Shown: piece after piece, positions 21,682 to 30,917 of the stretch | Layout: each line of letters opens with the position of its first letter | How positions within the stretch are numbered: position 1 is the first letter of the stretch | NCBI GenBank assembly: GCA_050125095.1 | Contig: JASFEA010000002.1 | Coordinates: 69 to 64,068 of the forward strand | DNA: 64,000 nucleotides | Source: a bacterium | GTDB taxonomy: Bacteria; Arandabacterota; Arandabacteria; Arandabacterales; JALGWA01 | Reading direction: 5' to 3' | Program-made: the position numbers and the translations under genes | The notes under the pieces: generated by a model | Told to the model about the DNA's origin: nothing | The model's input: the letters and a program-made list of their open reading frames with translations, nothing else | Database searches by the model: none

Positions 21682-22719
21682 TCAGGCGATGCCCGTTCTG
21701 AGGCAGTCGTGCATGTGGACAATGCCGGTCGGCCGGCCGTCGCTGTCGACTATCATCAGGCTGGTAATGAGGCGGCCGGCATCGGCCTCCATGGTCTGGA
21801 TGGCCTTCGCGACCAGCTCTCCGGCGCCTATTGTGCGCGGGTTCCTTGTCATCACGCTACCCACCTCAATGTCGCGGATATCCTTGACGTCGGGATTGCC
21901 CATAAGGATGCGCTTGATGTCACCGTCCGTGATGATGCCGACCAGCTTCCCGTCGTCGCCGGTGACGCCCGTCACTCCCAGCCGCTTCTCGATGATCTCG
22001 ACAAGCGCCTCCCTCATGGTGGCGTTTTCCCCGACCAGCGGGACCTCCTCCCCGACGTGCATGATGTCGCCCACCGTAAGGAGCAGCCGCTTCCCCAGGG
22101 ACCCGCCCGGATGGTGGAAGGCGAAGTGCTCGGCCCTGAGGCCGCGGCGCACGAAAATCGCGACGGCAAGAGCGTCGCCCATGGCCAGCGCGCAGGAAGT
22201 CGACGCAGTGGGAACCAGGTCGAAGGGGCAGGCTTCGGCGTCCACGCCGACGTCGAGCGCGACGGCGCTCTCGCGCGCCAGGTCGGACTCGAGGTCTCCG
22301 GTGAGGGCGATAATGGCTGTTCCCAGCCTCTTGAAAGTGGGAAGCAGGGCGGCGAGCTCCTCGCTCTTGCCGCTCTTGGATATGGCGACGACCACGTCGC
22401 CCGAGTTCACCATTCCCAGGTCGCCGTGCACGGCTTCCACCGGGTGCATGAAGAAGGCCGTAGTCCCCGTGCTGTTCATGGTGGCCGCGATCTTCTTCGC
22501 GATAATGCCGCTCTTGCCCACGCCGGTGACGATTATCTTGCCGCCGGCCTCCACGCATTCCACCATGGTCTCCACGGCGCGCCTGAAGTCATCGCCCAGC
22601 CTCTCCTCCAGCCGCGCGACGCCGTCGGCTTCTATTCTGATGACCGCCCTGGCCGTCTCAAGGACGTCCATGTCGGCCTCTATTCTCGAAGGGGCCTTTT
22701 GCCTCGATTTGTCTTTCAC
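21682..22719 (-). CDS. kdsD: arabinose-5-phosphate isomerase (KpsF/GutQ family; SIS + tandem CBS)
   Basis: 345 aa with an SIS domain (…IIVTGVGKSGIIAKKIAATMNSTGT…) followed by two CBS-like repeats. It overlaps kdsC by 4 nt. Confidence 0.85.
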   Translation of the reverse strand: MKDKSRQKAPSRIEADMDVLETARAVIRIEADGVARLEERLGDDFRRAVETMVECVEAGGKIIVTGVGKSGIIAKKIAATMNSTGTTAFFMHPVEAVHGDLGMVNSGDVVVAISKSGKSEELAALLPTFKRLGTAIIALTGDLESDLARESAVALDVGVDAEACPFDLVPTASTSCALAMGDALAVAIFVRRGLRAEHFAFHHPGGSLGKRLLLTVGDIMHVGEEVPLVGENATMREALVEIIEKRLGVTGVTGDDGKLVGIITDGDIKRILMGNPDVKDIRDIEVGSVMTRNPRTIGAGELVAKAIQTMEADAGRLITSLMIVDSDGRPTGIVHMHDCLRTGIA

Positions 22720-23261
22720 ATTTCCCTCGCCCGTGCTTCCCCCTCACGGAAGCGGGCAGCCAGCCCGTCAAGCAATCCCGCCTCTTTCAGCACGTATTCG
22801 CAGGCCTCCCTCAACCCTCCGCGGCCGCCGCCCGCGCGGGTAACGTGTCTGGCCACCTGTTTGATTTCCCCGCGCGCGTTGGCCACCGCTATCGGGAGAC
22901 CGACTCTTACCATGACGCAGAGATCAGAAAGATCATCGCCCACATAGGCCGTCTCGTCAAGCCCCGCGCCGCGCCTCTCGAGTATATCCATAAGGCAGCC
23001 GATCTTGTCCGTTACTTTCTGGTGGACTTCCTCTATGCCCAGCTCGTCGGCGCGCCGCTTTACGGCTTCGCAGCCGCGAGCCGTGATAATACACGGGACT
23101 ATTCCCGCCATCCTGAGAAGCGTGACTCCCATGCCGTCCTGGGCGTCGAAACGCTTGAGTTCCAGGGCGGGCTCGCCGTAGTAGATCCCGCCGTCGGTGA
23201 GCACGCCGTCAACGTCCATGCCGAAGAGCTTTATGGCCAAGCCTGCCTCCCTGTCTCTCAT
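22716..23261 (-). CDS. kdsC: 3-deoxy-D-manno-octulosonate 8-phosphate phosphatase (HAD family)
   Basis: 181 aa. HAD motif I FGMDVDGVLTDG, a conserved Asp motif GDDLSD, and its position between kdsA and kdsD. Confidence 0.8.
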   Translation of the reverse strand: MRDREAGLAIKLFGMDVDGVLTDGGIYYGEPALELKRFDAQDGMGVTLLRMAGIVPCIITARGCEAVKRRADELGIEEVHQKVTDKIGCLMDILERRGAGLDETAYVGDDLSDLCVMVRVGLPIAVANARGEIKQVARHVTRAGGGRGGLREACEYVLKEAGLLDGLAARFREGEARAREM

Positions 23262-23274
23262 GGGGAACCTGGTC

Positions 23275-24099
23275 TCAAGATCTCACGACCCTGTCGATGT
23301 CCGCGATCTGGCGAAGCAGCCCGTCCATGTCTGCCAGCGGATACATGCTGACCGCGTCGCATTTGGCATCCGACGGACAGGGGTGGGTCTCCAGGAAGAG
23401 CCCGTCCACCCCGCATGCCGTACCCGCCCGCGCCAGATATGGTACATACTCGGGCTCGCCTCCCCTGGGGTCCGAGCTGGGATAGCCGTAAATGCGTATT
23501 GCATGCGTGACGTCGAAGATGACGGGGCAGCCGAGTGACCGCATAATGGGAAGCGATCGCATGTCGACCACCAGCCTCCTGTAGCCGAAGCAGCTGCCGC
23601 GCTCGGTGAGTATCACCTGTTCGTTACCGGTCTCCCTTATCTTCGAGACCACCCCGCTCATGTCTTCGGGAGCGACGAACTGTCCCTTCTTGACGTTGAC
23701 GGGCTTGCCGGTTCTGCCGACCGCGAGGGCCAGCTCCGTCTGCTGGCTCAGATAGGCCGGGATCTGGATTATGTCCAGCACCTCGGCCGCCGCTTTGACC
23801 TGCACGCGGCAATGCACGTCCGAGAGAACGGGTACTCCCGTCTTCTCCCTGACCGCCGCCAGGATCTCAAGCCCGCGCTCGAGTCCCGGTCCGACATACG
23901 ATGTCGCCTTCGAGCGGTTGTCCTTCTCGAATGACGACTTGAACACGTAGTTCATGCCATGCTTCGAGCAGAGGTCCTTCATCTCACCGGCCACCTCGAA
24001 GCATACATCCTCGCTCTCTATAACGCAGGGCCCTCCGATAATCGTGAGCGCGCCTCCGCCTATCTCGAAGTCTCCCACGCGCACTTTCTTCACCGTCAC
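23275..24099 (-). CDS. kdsA: 2-dehydro-3-deoxyphosphooctonate aldolase (KDO-8-P synthase)
   Basis: Translation [27 protein letters not shown]… is the typical KdsA N-terminus. I moved the start to GTG at 24099..24097, preceded by GGAGG 7 nt upstream. The ORF-track 5' extension (MVRGLPVPS…) overlaps pyrG and is rejected. Confidence 0.85.
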   Translation of the reverse strand: MTVKKVRVGDFEIGGGALTIIGGPCVIESEDVCFEVAGEMKDLCSKHGMNYVFKSSFEKDNRSKATSYVGPGLERGLEILAAVREKTGVPVLSDVHCRVQVKAAAEVLDIIQIPAYLSQQTELALAVGRTGKPVNVKKGQFVAPEDMSGVVSKIRETGNEQVILTERGSCFGYRRLVVDMRSLPIMRSLGCPVIFDVTHAIRIYGYPSSDPRGGEPEYVPYLARAGTACGVDGLFLETHPCPSDAKCDAVSMYPLADMDGLLRQIADIDRVVRS

Positions 24100-25733
24100 G
24101 AAGACACCTCCCCGCCCGCATAAGTCCTGGTCCTCATGCGATAGCCCTTGGCCGCCGCCACGAACTCCCTGAACAGGGGATGCACGTTGCGCGGGCGAGA
24201 CCTGAGCTCGGGATGGAACTGGCAGCCCACGAACCACGGATGGTCGGCGATCTCCACTATCTCGACGAGGCTCGCGTCGGGCGAGGTGCCGCTCACGATC
24301 ATACCGGCGTTCTCAATGGACTCGCGGAACATGTTGTTGAACTCGTAGCGGTGCCGGTGCCTCTCCGAGACTTCCGGTCCGCCGTATGCCATGTGAGCCG
24401 CCGTCTCCGGTTTGAGTTTGCACTTATACGCCCCCAGCCGCATGCTGCCTCCCATGTTCGATACCGCGCGCTGCTCCGGCATGAGGTCTATCACCGGGTA
24501 CGGCGTACTCGGGTCGAATTCGGACGAATTCGCCCCCTCGAAACCGCACACGTTGCGCGCGAACTCGATGACGGCGCACTGCATTCCCAGGCAGATCCCG
24601 AAGAACGGGACACGGTTCTCGCGCGCGTACCTCACGGCCTCGAACTTGCCGCTCGTGCCGCGTTCGCCGAACCCGCCGGGGACTAGTATGCCGTCGTATT
24701 TGCCCAGCAGGCTGTCCGCCGTTTCGCGCCTGACCCTGCTCGAGTCCACCCACTCGGTCTTGACCCTGACGTCGCTTGCGATCCCGCCGTGAACCAGGGA
24801 CTCGTTTATGCTCTTATAGGCATCCTGCAGGTCCACGTACTTCCCCACCATGCCGATGCTGACGCTGCCCCCGGGGTGCTTTATTCTCTCGATCATACCT
24901 TCCCAGTCCTCGAGATCGGGCACGGTGCAGCTTAAGTTCAGACCGTTGACCACCAGTTCATCAAGCCTGTTGGCGTGAAGAGCCAGCGGTACCTCGTACA
25001 CCGACTCCACGTCCCTTGCCTCTATCACCGCGTCATGGCTCACGTTGCAGAACAGGGCGATCTTGGTCCGCGCTTCATCTCCAATGGGCTTCTCGGTGCG
25101 GCAGAGCAGTATGTCGGGCTGGATGCCGATCTCGCGCAGGGCGCGCACGCTGTGCTGCGTCGGCTTGGTCTTGAGCTCCCTGGCCGCCCCGATGAAGGGA
25201 ACCAGCGTGAGATGCACGAACATTGTATTATTCGCCCCGAGCTCGAGGCGCATCTGCCTGATGGCCTCCAGGAACGGCAGGCTCTCTATGTCTCCCACGG
25301 TGCCGCCTATCTCGGTGATGCAGACGTCCACTCCCCTGCCCGCCCCGACCCTCACGATGCGCGACTTAATCTCGTCGGTCACATGCGGGATTACCTGCAC
25401 GGTTTTTCCCAGATAATCGCCGCGCCTCTCGCGCTGGATTATGGCGTCATAGACCTGCCCCGCCGTGACGTTGTGGTCGCTCGTCAGGCTCTCGTCGAGA
25501 AAGCGCTCATAATGGCCCAGGTCGAGGTCGGTCTCGGCTCCGTCGTCGGTGACGAAGACCTCGCCGTGCTGGAAAGGGCTCATGGTACCCGGGTCCACGT
25601 TAAGGTAGGGGTCGAATTTCTGCAGAGAGACACTGAGCCCGCGTCTCTTGAGCAGCATGCCGAGAGAAGCCGCAGCAATGCCTTTGCCGAGTGATGACAC
25701 AACACCGCCGGTGACGAAGATATACTTTGTCAT
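24096..25733 (-). CDS. pyrG: CTP synthase
   Basis: 545 aa. N-terminus [19 protein letters not shown] and the C-terminal glutamine amidotransferase domain (GICLGMQ). Confidence 0.95.
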   Translation of the reverse strand: MTKYIFVTGGVVSSLGKGIAAASLGMLLKRRGLSVSLQKFDPYLNVDPGTMSPFQHGEVFVTDDGAETDLDLGHYERFLDESLTSDHNVTAGQVYDAIIQRERRGDYLGKTVQVIPHVTDEIKSRIVRVGAGRGVDVCITEIGGTVGDIESLPFLEAIRQMRLELGANNTMFVHLTLVPFIGAARELKTKPTQHSVRALREIGIQPDILLCRTEKPIGDEARTKIALFCNVSHDAVIEARDVESVYEVPLALHANRLDELVVNGLNLSCTVPDLEDWEGMIERIKHPGGSVSIGMVGKYVDLQDAYKSINESLVHGGIASDVRVKTEWVDSSRVRRETADSLLGKYDGILVPGGFGERGTSGKFEAVRYARENRVPFFGICLGMQCAVIEFARNVCGFEGANSSEFDPSTPYPVIDLMPEQRAVSNMGGSMRLGAYKCKLKPETAAHMAYGGPEVSERHRHRYEFNNMFRESIENAGMIVSGTSPDASLVEIVEIADHPWFVGCQFHPELRSRPRNVHPLFREFVAAAKGYRMRTRTYAGGEVSS

Positions 25734-26497
25734 TTCTCTGCCTTTCCAGTGTTCATCGCCTGCTCGATTCTCTCGATATCCAGAGGCACGTCCACGCAGG
25801 GGCTCGCGCCCCCGACGAAGCCGACCTTAATCTTGATGCCCAGGTGAAGCGCCCGGAGCTGCTCAAGCGACTCGAGGTCCTCCATCTCGCATTTGCCGGC
25901 ATCGGCCATCGAGATGAGGGCTTCCCTCCTGTAGCCGTAGACTCCGACGTGCCGGAGATAGGTCGAGTCCTCCAGGTCCACGTCCACGCCCTTCTCCAGG
26001 TACTTGCGCGGAAACGGGATTGCGTGCCTTGAGAAATAGACTGCGTAGCCATCCCGGTCTATCACGACCTTTACCACGTTCTGGTCCAGGAGATCGCCTC
26101 TCGTTTCGATCCGCGAGACCAGCGTACTCATCTGGTCTCCGTCCGCGATCAGACCGGCGCATATGTCTATGAAGGCGGGATCGATGAGCGGCTCGTCGCC
26201 CTGGATATTCACGTAACCGGGCGCCTGGATGCCGCGCGCTATCTCGGCGACCCTGTCGGTTCCGCTCGAATGCGCCTGGGAGGTCATTACGGCGCGGCCG
26301 CCGAAATTCTCGACGGCCTGTCTTATCCTGTCGTCGTCCGTTGCGACAATGACTTCAGAGAGGAGACGGGCGTGCCGGGCCCGTTCGTATACGTGCTGTA
26401 CCATGGGCCTGCCGGCAATGAGAGCGAGGGGTTTTCCGGGGAAGCGCGTGGAACCGTACCGGGCCGGGATGACTCCTATTATCCCCTTATCATCCAC
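25730..26497 (-). CDS. kdsB: 3-deoxy-manno-octulosonate cytidylyltransferase (CMP-KDO synthetase)
   Basis: 255 aa. [18 protein letters not shown]-terminus. It overlaps pyrG by 4 nt. Confidence 0.88.
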   Translation of the reverse strand: MDDKGIIGVIPARYGSTRFPGKPLALIAGRPMVQHVYERARHARLLSEVIVATDDDRIRQAVENFGGRAVMTSQAHSSGTDRVAEIARGIQAPGYVNIQGDEPLIDPAFIDICAGLIADGDQMSTLVSRIETRGDLLDQNVVKVVIDRDGYAVYFSRHAIPFPRKYLEKGVDVDLEDSTYLRHVGVYGYRREALISMADAGKCEMEDLESLEQLRALHLGIKIKVGFVGGASPCVDVPLDIERIEQAMNTGKAEK

Positions 26498-27050
26498 CGA
26501 TCTCGAATTCCTCTCTCCCTTTTAAATACAGGTCGTTGCCCTGAGCGTCGATCGCCACTATCGCCGGGAAGTCCTCGACTTCCATTCTTCTGACCGCCTC
26601 GGCCCCCAACTCGGGATACGCTATGACTTCGGCCTTCTTGATGGACTTGGACATCAGCGCGCCGGCGCCGCCGATGGCGGCCAGGTAAACGGCGACATGC
26701 TTCACCATCGACTCTTTAACCGCGTCCGACCGCCCGCCCTTGCCTATCATGCCCTTGAGCCCGTGCTCGATGAGCATCGGCGAATACGGGTCCATGCGGT
26801 AAGATGTCGTCGGGCCGGCCGATCCCACGGCGTAGCCCGGCTTGGCGGGCGCTGGCCCCACGAAATAAATCACCGCGCCCTTGAGGTCGAAAGGCAGTTC
26901 CTCGCCTTTCTCTATGAGTTCCACGAGCCGCTTATGCGCGGCGTCTCTGGCCGAATAGATGACTCCCGTTATGCTGACCTTCTCGCCGATCTTGAGGCCC
27001 TTTATGACATCGTCGGTGAGAGGGGTTGTGATTTTCTTTGCCTCCGACAT
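26490..27050 (-). CDS. Fe-S hydro-lyase beta subunit (class I fumarate hydratase / L(+)-tartrate dehydratase beta)
   Basis: 186 aa with the family motifs (…GVIYSARDAAHKRL…GPTTSYRMDPY…). It pairs with the alpha subunit immediately upstream. Confidence 0.8.
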   Translation of the reverse strand: MSEAKKITTPLTDDVIKGLKIGEKVSITGVIYSARDAAHKRLVELIEKGEELPFDLKGAVIYFVGPAPAKPGYAVGSAGPTTSYRMDPYSPMLIEHGLKGMIGKGGRSDAVKESMVKHVAVYLAAIGGAGALMSKSIKKAEVIAYPELGAEAVRRMEVEDFPAIVAIDAQGNDLYLKGREEFEIGG

Positions 27051-27068
27051 CCTGTTCCTCCGGGTTAT

Positions 27069-27911
27069 CTAAATGACGCGCTCGCCGTGCCGCGTCGCAT
27101 GGCAGTTCAGGTTGACCGCAACCGGCAGTGTCGCTATATGGCACGGGCCCTGCACTATGTGAACGTCAAGCGCCGTTATTCTTCCCCCCAGCCCCTGCGG
27201 CCCGACGCCGGTCGAGTTTATGCGCTCGAGGAGCTCCTCCTCAACCTCGGCGTAAAACGGGTCGGGATTCCTCTGGCCGAGCGGAATGAGAAGAGCTTGC
27301 TTCGCGCGCAGGGCCACTTTCTCGAAGGGTCCCCCCAGGCCCACTCCGACTACGACCGGCGGACACGGATTGCCGCCCGCCTCGGATACCGCCTGGACCA
27401 CGAAGTCCTTTACTCCTTCGATGCCCTCGGCCGGCTTCAGGGCCCTGAAGCGGCTCATGTTCTCGCTTCCGCCGCCCTTGGGGGCTATTACGATCTTCAC
27501 CTTCTCGCCCGGCACGATTCTGGTATGGATGAAAGCCGGCGTGTTGTCCCCGGTGTTGACCCTCTTTATGGAGTCGGCGAGAATGGACTTCCTGAGATAG
27601 CCCTCTTCATAGCCCCTCCTGACGCCGTCGTTGACCGCTTCCTCCAGGTCCCCCCCCACGAGGTGCACGTCCTGGCCGATCTCCAGGAACACCACCGTCA
27701 TGCCGGTATCCTGGCATATCGGAATCATCTCCTCGCGCGAGATGCGCGCGTTCTCGAGCATCATGTCGAAGATCTCTTTGCCCGTGGGAGACGTCTCCAT
27801 CGCGGCCATCTTCTTGAAGTACTCGATCTCGTGGTCACCCAAGACGCAGTTGGACTCTATCGCCATGTCCCGCAACGCGTCGCTGATGTCTTTGACATTC
27901 ACCTCTCTCAT
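27069..27911 (-). CDS. Fe-S hydro-lyase alpha subunit (class I fumarate hydratase alpha)
   Basis: 280 aa with the conserved Cys ligands (…ICQDTGM…, CPPVVVGVGLGG, NLNCHATRH). The two-gene split form is typical of anaerobes and archaea. Confidence 0.8.
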   Translation of the reverse strand: MREVNVKDISDALRDMAIESNCVLGDHEIEYFKKMAAMETSPTGKEIFDMMLENARISREEMIPICQDTGMTVVFLEIGQDVHLVGGDLEEAVNDGVRRGYEEGYLRKSILADSIKRVNTGDNTPAFIHTRIVPGEKVKIVIAPKGGGSENMSRFRALKPAEGIEGVKDFVVQAVSEAGGNPCPPVVVGVGLGGPFEKVALRAKQALLIPLGQRNPDPFYAEVEEELLERINSTGVGPQGLGGRITALDVHIVQGPCHIATLPVAVNLNCHATRHGERVI

Positions 27912-27943
27912 ACCAAGAAACCTCCTGAGACTCCCGGGGTGCT

Positions 27944-28597
27944 TCAGAGCTCGTGCTCGAGCACCTGTATCCTCCTCGAGCCCATGTCGTCTTTGGTGAG
28001 CTCTATTTCATAGGTGTCCGCCCTGTCGTGGTCGCCCGCAAGCGACAGGAAATCCTCGACCGGCGCTATGGGGAAGCCCAGCACTTCGGTCTTATAATGC
28101 ATGGGGATCGTTATGGCCGGGTCCAGCGTCCTGATCACTTCCAGGGCCTCCTTCGGCCCTATAGTGAAGTAGCCGCCTACCGGGACCAGAAGCACGTCCA
28201 CCCTGCCCACCGCGGCCGCGTCCTCCGCCGAGAGGGTATGTCCGAGGTCGCCGAGATGGCACACGCGCACGCCGTCCATCTCCACGGTGAAGATGATGTT
28301 GCGGCCCCGCTCCTTACCTCCCGAAGTGTCGTGATACGTCTTGACGCCGGTAATGGAAAACCCCGCGACATCGTGCTTGCCTGGGGTCTTGACGACTTCG
28401 TAGCCATCGGGAAGTCCGTCTGTGCAGAAGTGGTCCTCGTGCTCGTGGCTCGCCGTGACGACGTCCACCTTCTCGGTGATGGGCTTGTACCCCACGGCCC
28501 CGTCATAGCTTCCGCTTTCGTATGGGTCCATGAGGACTTTGCTGCCGTCATCCGAGGTCAAAACGAACGCAGAATGGCCCAGATACTTGATCTTCAA
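27944..28597 (-). CDS. metal-dependent hydrolase, metallo-beta-lactamase fold (UPF0173-like)
   Basis: 217 aa with the HxHxDH motif (ASHEHEDH) and downstream His/Asp ligands. Likely TTG start with AGGGGG upstream. Confidence 0.7.
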   Translation of the reverse strand: MKIKYLGHSAFVLTSDDGSKVLMDPYESGSYDGAVGYKPITEKVDVVTASHEHEDHFCTDGLPDGYEVVKTPGKHDVAGFSITGVKTYHDTSGGKERGRNIIFTVEMDGVRVCHLGDLGHTLSAEDAAAVGRVDVLLVPVGGYFTIGPKEALEVIRTLDPAITIPMHYKTEVLGFPIAPVEDFLSLAGDHDRADTYEIELTKDDMGSRRIQVLEHEL

Positions 28598-28694
28598 AAC
28601 TCGTCACCCCCTTGGCAGGATAATGCAGATTACTCAAACATAGAGGTGGGGATACGGGTTCGAGGCCTGTCAGCTGAAGCCGGATTCAAACCCG

Positions 28695-28946
28695 TTAGGC
28701 GTAGACACTAACCCTCTTCTTATGACGTCCCTGTCTCTCGAAGGTGACTTTACCGTCGATAAGCGCAAACAGCGTGTCGTCCCTGCCCAGGCCGACGTTC
28801 TCGCCGGGGATGAAACGCGTCCCGCGCTGCCTGACGATAATGCTGCCGGTGGTTACGCTCTGGCCCGCGTAAATCTTCACACCGAGCCTCTGCGCGTTGC
28901 TGTCGCGCCCGTTTCTTGAGCTTCCGACGCCTTTCTTATGAGCCAT
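28695..28946 (-). CDS. rpmA: 50S ribosomal protein L27
   Basis: [24 protein letters not shown]… is the universal L27 N-terminus. Confidence 0.95.
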   Translation of the reverse strand: MAHKKGVGSSRNGRDSNAQRLGVKIYAGQSVTTGSIIVRQRGTRFIPGENVGLGRDDTLFALIDGKVTFERQGRHKKRVSVYA

Positions 28947-28961
28947 TATGTGCCGTCCTCC

Positions 28962-29273
28962 CTACGCGGCGATATCGGAGATCTTGACTTCCGTGTAGGG
29001 CTGCCTGTGACCCCTCTTCCTCCGGTAGAACTTGCGCCGCTTGTACTTATATACGATCACCTTGTCAGCTTTGCCGTGGGAGAGAACCTCCGCGGTCACC
29101 CTGGCGCCCTTCACCGTGGGCGTCCCTATCTTGACCTCGCCGTCCGTCCTCAGCGCGAACACGCGGTCGAATGTCACCGGCGACCCGACGTCCGCCTCGA
29201 GCAGAGGCACTCTCACAACTTCTTCGGGGCTCACTCTCAGCTGCTTGCCCCCTACGTCAATAATTGCATACAT
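28962..29273 (-). CDS. rplU: 50S ribosomal protein L21
   Basis: MYAIIDVGGKQLRVSPEEVVRVP… is the L21 N-terminus; 103 aa. Confidence 0.95.
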   Translation of the reverse strand: MYAIIDVGGKQLRVSPEEVVRVPLLEADVGSPVTFDRVFALRTDGEVKIGTPTVKGARVTAEVLSHGKADKVIVYKYKRRKFYRRKRGHRQPYTEVKISDIAA

Positions 29274-29306
29274 TTGCGCTGCTCCTATGCGTAATGATAC
29301 CTGAAA

Positions 29307-29335
29307 TATGTAACAAACGGGAACGCCGGTGTCAA
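29307..29335 (-). promoter_or_regulatory. sigma70-like promoter candidate for rplU-rpmA (TTGACA-17-TACATA)
   Basis: Minus strand -35 TTGACA (29335..29330), a 17-nt spacer, and -10 TACATA (29312..29307). The predicted TSS is ~27 nt upstream of the rplU ATG, which has a GGAG RBS. Confidence 0.35.
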
Positions 29336-29369
29336 GACCTTATTGGGGCGCTCCGGCGCAGGGTCTCGA

Positions 29370-30917
29370 TCATGTCTTAATGAGGTGGGACAGGTCCTCT
29401 CCCGTCTTGGAGGACCGCACCAGGACTTCGTCTCTCTTGAGGTTGGGGTCGTCCTTCACGTCTATTTCCATCTTGAAGCGCCTCTCCAGTCGTATTATCC
29501 GGTAGGCGCTCTCTGAGAGCATATGGAAGGCCACTTCGGGGTTCAAGAAGACCTCGATCCGCTTCTCGCGGCAACGCGCCCTCAGGCGCCTCAAGTGCCT
29601 CTCCACCCTCCCCTCTATGGACTTGAGAGACAGCACCCGCCCCGATCCCCCGCAGGTCGGGCAGGTCTCGCCCAGAAGCTGCAGGAGCGACGGCCGCACG
29701 CGCTGCCTGGTCATCTCCACCAGCCCTATCTCGCTCACCCTCAGTGTCTTGGTCCTGGAGCGGTCGCGTTTGAGGCCGGCCCGGAGCTCGTCGATGACCT
29801 TCTTGCGGTTTTCCTCCATCTCCATGTCGATGAAGTCTATCACTATGATGCCGCCGAGATCGCGGAGCCGGAGCTGCCGCGGGACCTCCTTGGCGGCCTC
29901 GAGATTGGTCCTCAAGGCTGTGTCCTCCTGGCCCTTGCCGCCCCTGAACCTGCCGCTGTTGACGTCTATGGAGACCAGCGCCTCGGTGTGGTCGATTGTG
30001 ATGAAACCGCCCTTCTTGAGCGGGACCGTCCTCGATAGCAGCCTCCCGGTCTCTCTCTCGATCTCGTAGGCGTCGAATATGGGCGTGTCCTCGCGGTACA
30101 AATGTACACGGTCCCTGAGGCCGGGAGCGTAGGAGCGCAGATAGGACTGAATCTCCTTGTACTCCTTCTTGGAGTCTATGGCCACGCTGGTGACCTCGTC
30201 CGTAAACAGGTCCCTCACCAGCCGCGTGATGATCTCCATGTCCTTGTGGATGAGGCAGGGCGCCGGGTTCTTCTCGCCCTTCTTCTCCAGCCTGCGCCAC
30301 AGTTTCTTCAGGAACTTGGCGTCCGACGCGAACTGCTTCTTCTCCATGCCCTCGCCGGCCGTGCGCACTATGATGCCCATATCTTCCGACTTCAGGGGGC
30401 TCACGATTTCCTTGAGCCGGCGGCGCTCATCGCGGTCCTCTATCTTCCGCGACACGCCCACCAGTTCGGCGCCGGGCATGAGCACCAGGTACCTTCCCGG
30501 AAGCGATATCTGCGAGCTCACGCGGGGGCCTTTGTTGCCGATCGGCTCCTTGGTGATCTGGACCAGGATCTGGTCGCCTTTTTTGAGCAGCTGCTCTATG
30601 AGCACTTCCCTGTCGCGGGGGGCCGGGGTCGAATCGTATTCGCCGCCGCCCTCATACCTCTCGTCTATGTCTTCATAGTCCGACACGTCAACGCTCATGT
30701 CCGAGACATGGAGGAAGGCGCTCTTCTCGCATCCTATGTCGAGAAACGCGGCCTGCATGCCCGGAAGCACAGCCGTGACTCTGGCCTTGTGTATGTCGCC
30801 GACCCCGATTCTCTCGCCGGATCTCGCCACCATGTACTCGACCAGCTGGCCGCCTTCCTTGATGCCGATGCGAGTCTCAATGGGCTCGACGTTTATGATT
30901 ATCTCTCTGTTTATCAT
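29370..30917 (-). CDS. rng: ribonuclease G/E family endoribonuclease
   Basis: 515 aa. N-terminal S1 domain, the DNase I-like catalytic core, and a zinc-link CxxC region (CPTCGGSG). The size fits RNase G. Confidence 0.85.
   Translation of the reverse strand: MINREIIINVEPIETRIGIKEGGQLVEYMVARSGERIGVGDIHKARVTAVLPGMQAAFLDIGCEKSAFLHVSDMSVDVSDYEDIDERYEGGGEYDSTPAPRDREVLIEQLLKKGDQILVQITKEPIGNKGPRVSSQISLPGRYLVLMPGAELVGVSRKIEDRDERRRLKEIVSPLKSEDMGIIVRTAGEGMEKKQFASDAKFLKKLWRRLEKKGEKNPAPCLIHKDMEIITRLVRDLFTDEVTSVAIDSKKEYKEIQSYLRSYAPGLRDRVHLYREDTPIFDAYEIERETGRLLSRTVPLKKGGFITIDHTEALVSIDVNSGRFRGGKGQEDTALRTNLEAAKEVPRQLRLRDLGGIIVIDFIDMEMEENRKKVIDELRAGLKRDRSRTKTLRVSEIGLVEMTRQRVRPSLLQLLGETCPTCGGSGRVLSLKSIEGRVERHLRRLRARCREKRIEVFLNPEVAFHMLSESAYRIIRLERRFKMEIDVKDDPNLKRDEVLVRSSKTGEDLSHLIKT

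Noticed and set aside
21542-22947. Plus-strand ORFs of 433 and 424 aa antisense to kdsD/kdsC; also the 212-aa minus ORF 21920..22558 in another frame
   Set aside because: They overlap well-supported KdsD/KdsC coding sequence. Their products are Arg/His/Gly-rich without motifs; GC-driven open frames.
24100-24237. 5' extension of the kdsA ORF ([12 protein letters not shown]…), 46 codons overlapping the end of pyrG
   Set aside because: A canonical KdsA N-terminus ([13 protein letters not shown]) begins at the GTG at 24099 with GGAGG upstream; the extension overlaps pyrG coding sequence out of frame and has no support.
28598-28694. Possible tRNA in the 97-bp rpmA / MBL-hydrolase gap (T-loop-like GGGTTCGAGGCC and GGATTCAAACC strings)
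   Set aside because: Neither motif can be embedded in a 5-bp T-stem, and no acceptor-stem/CCA-compatible cloverleaf could be built on either strand by hand.
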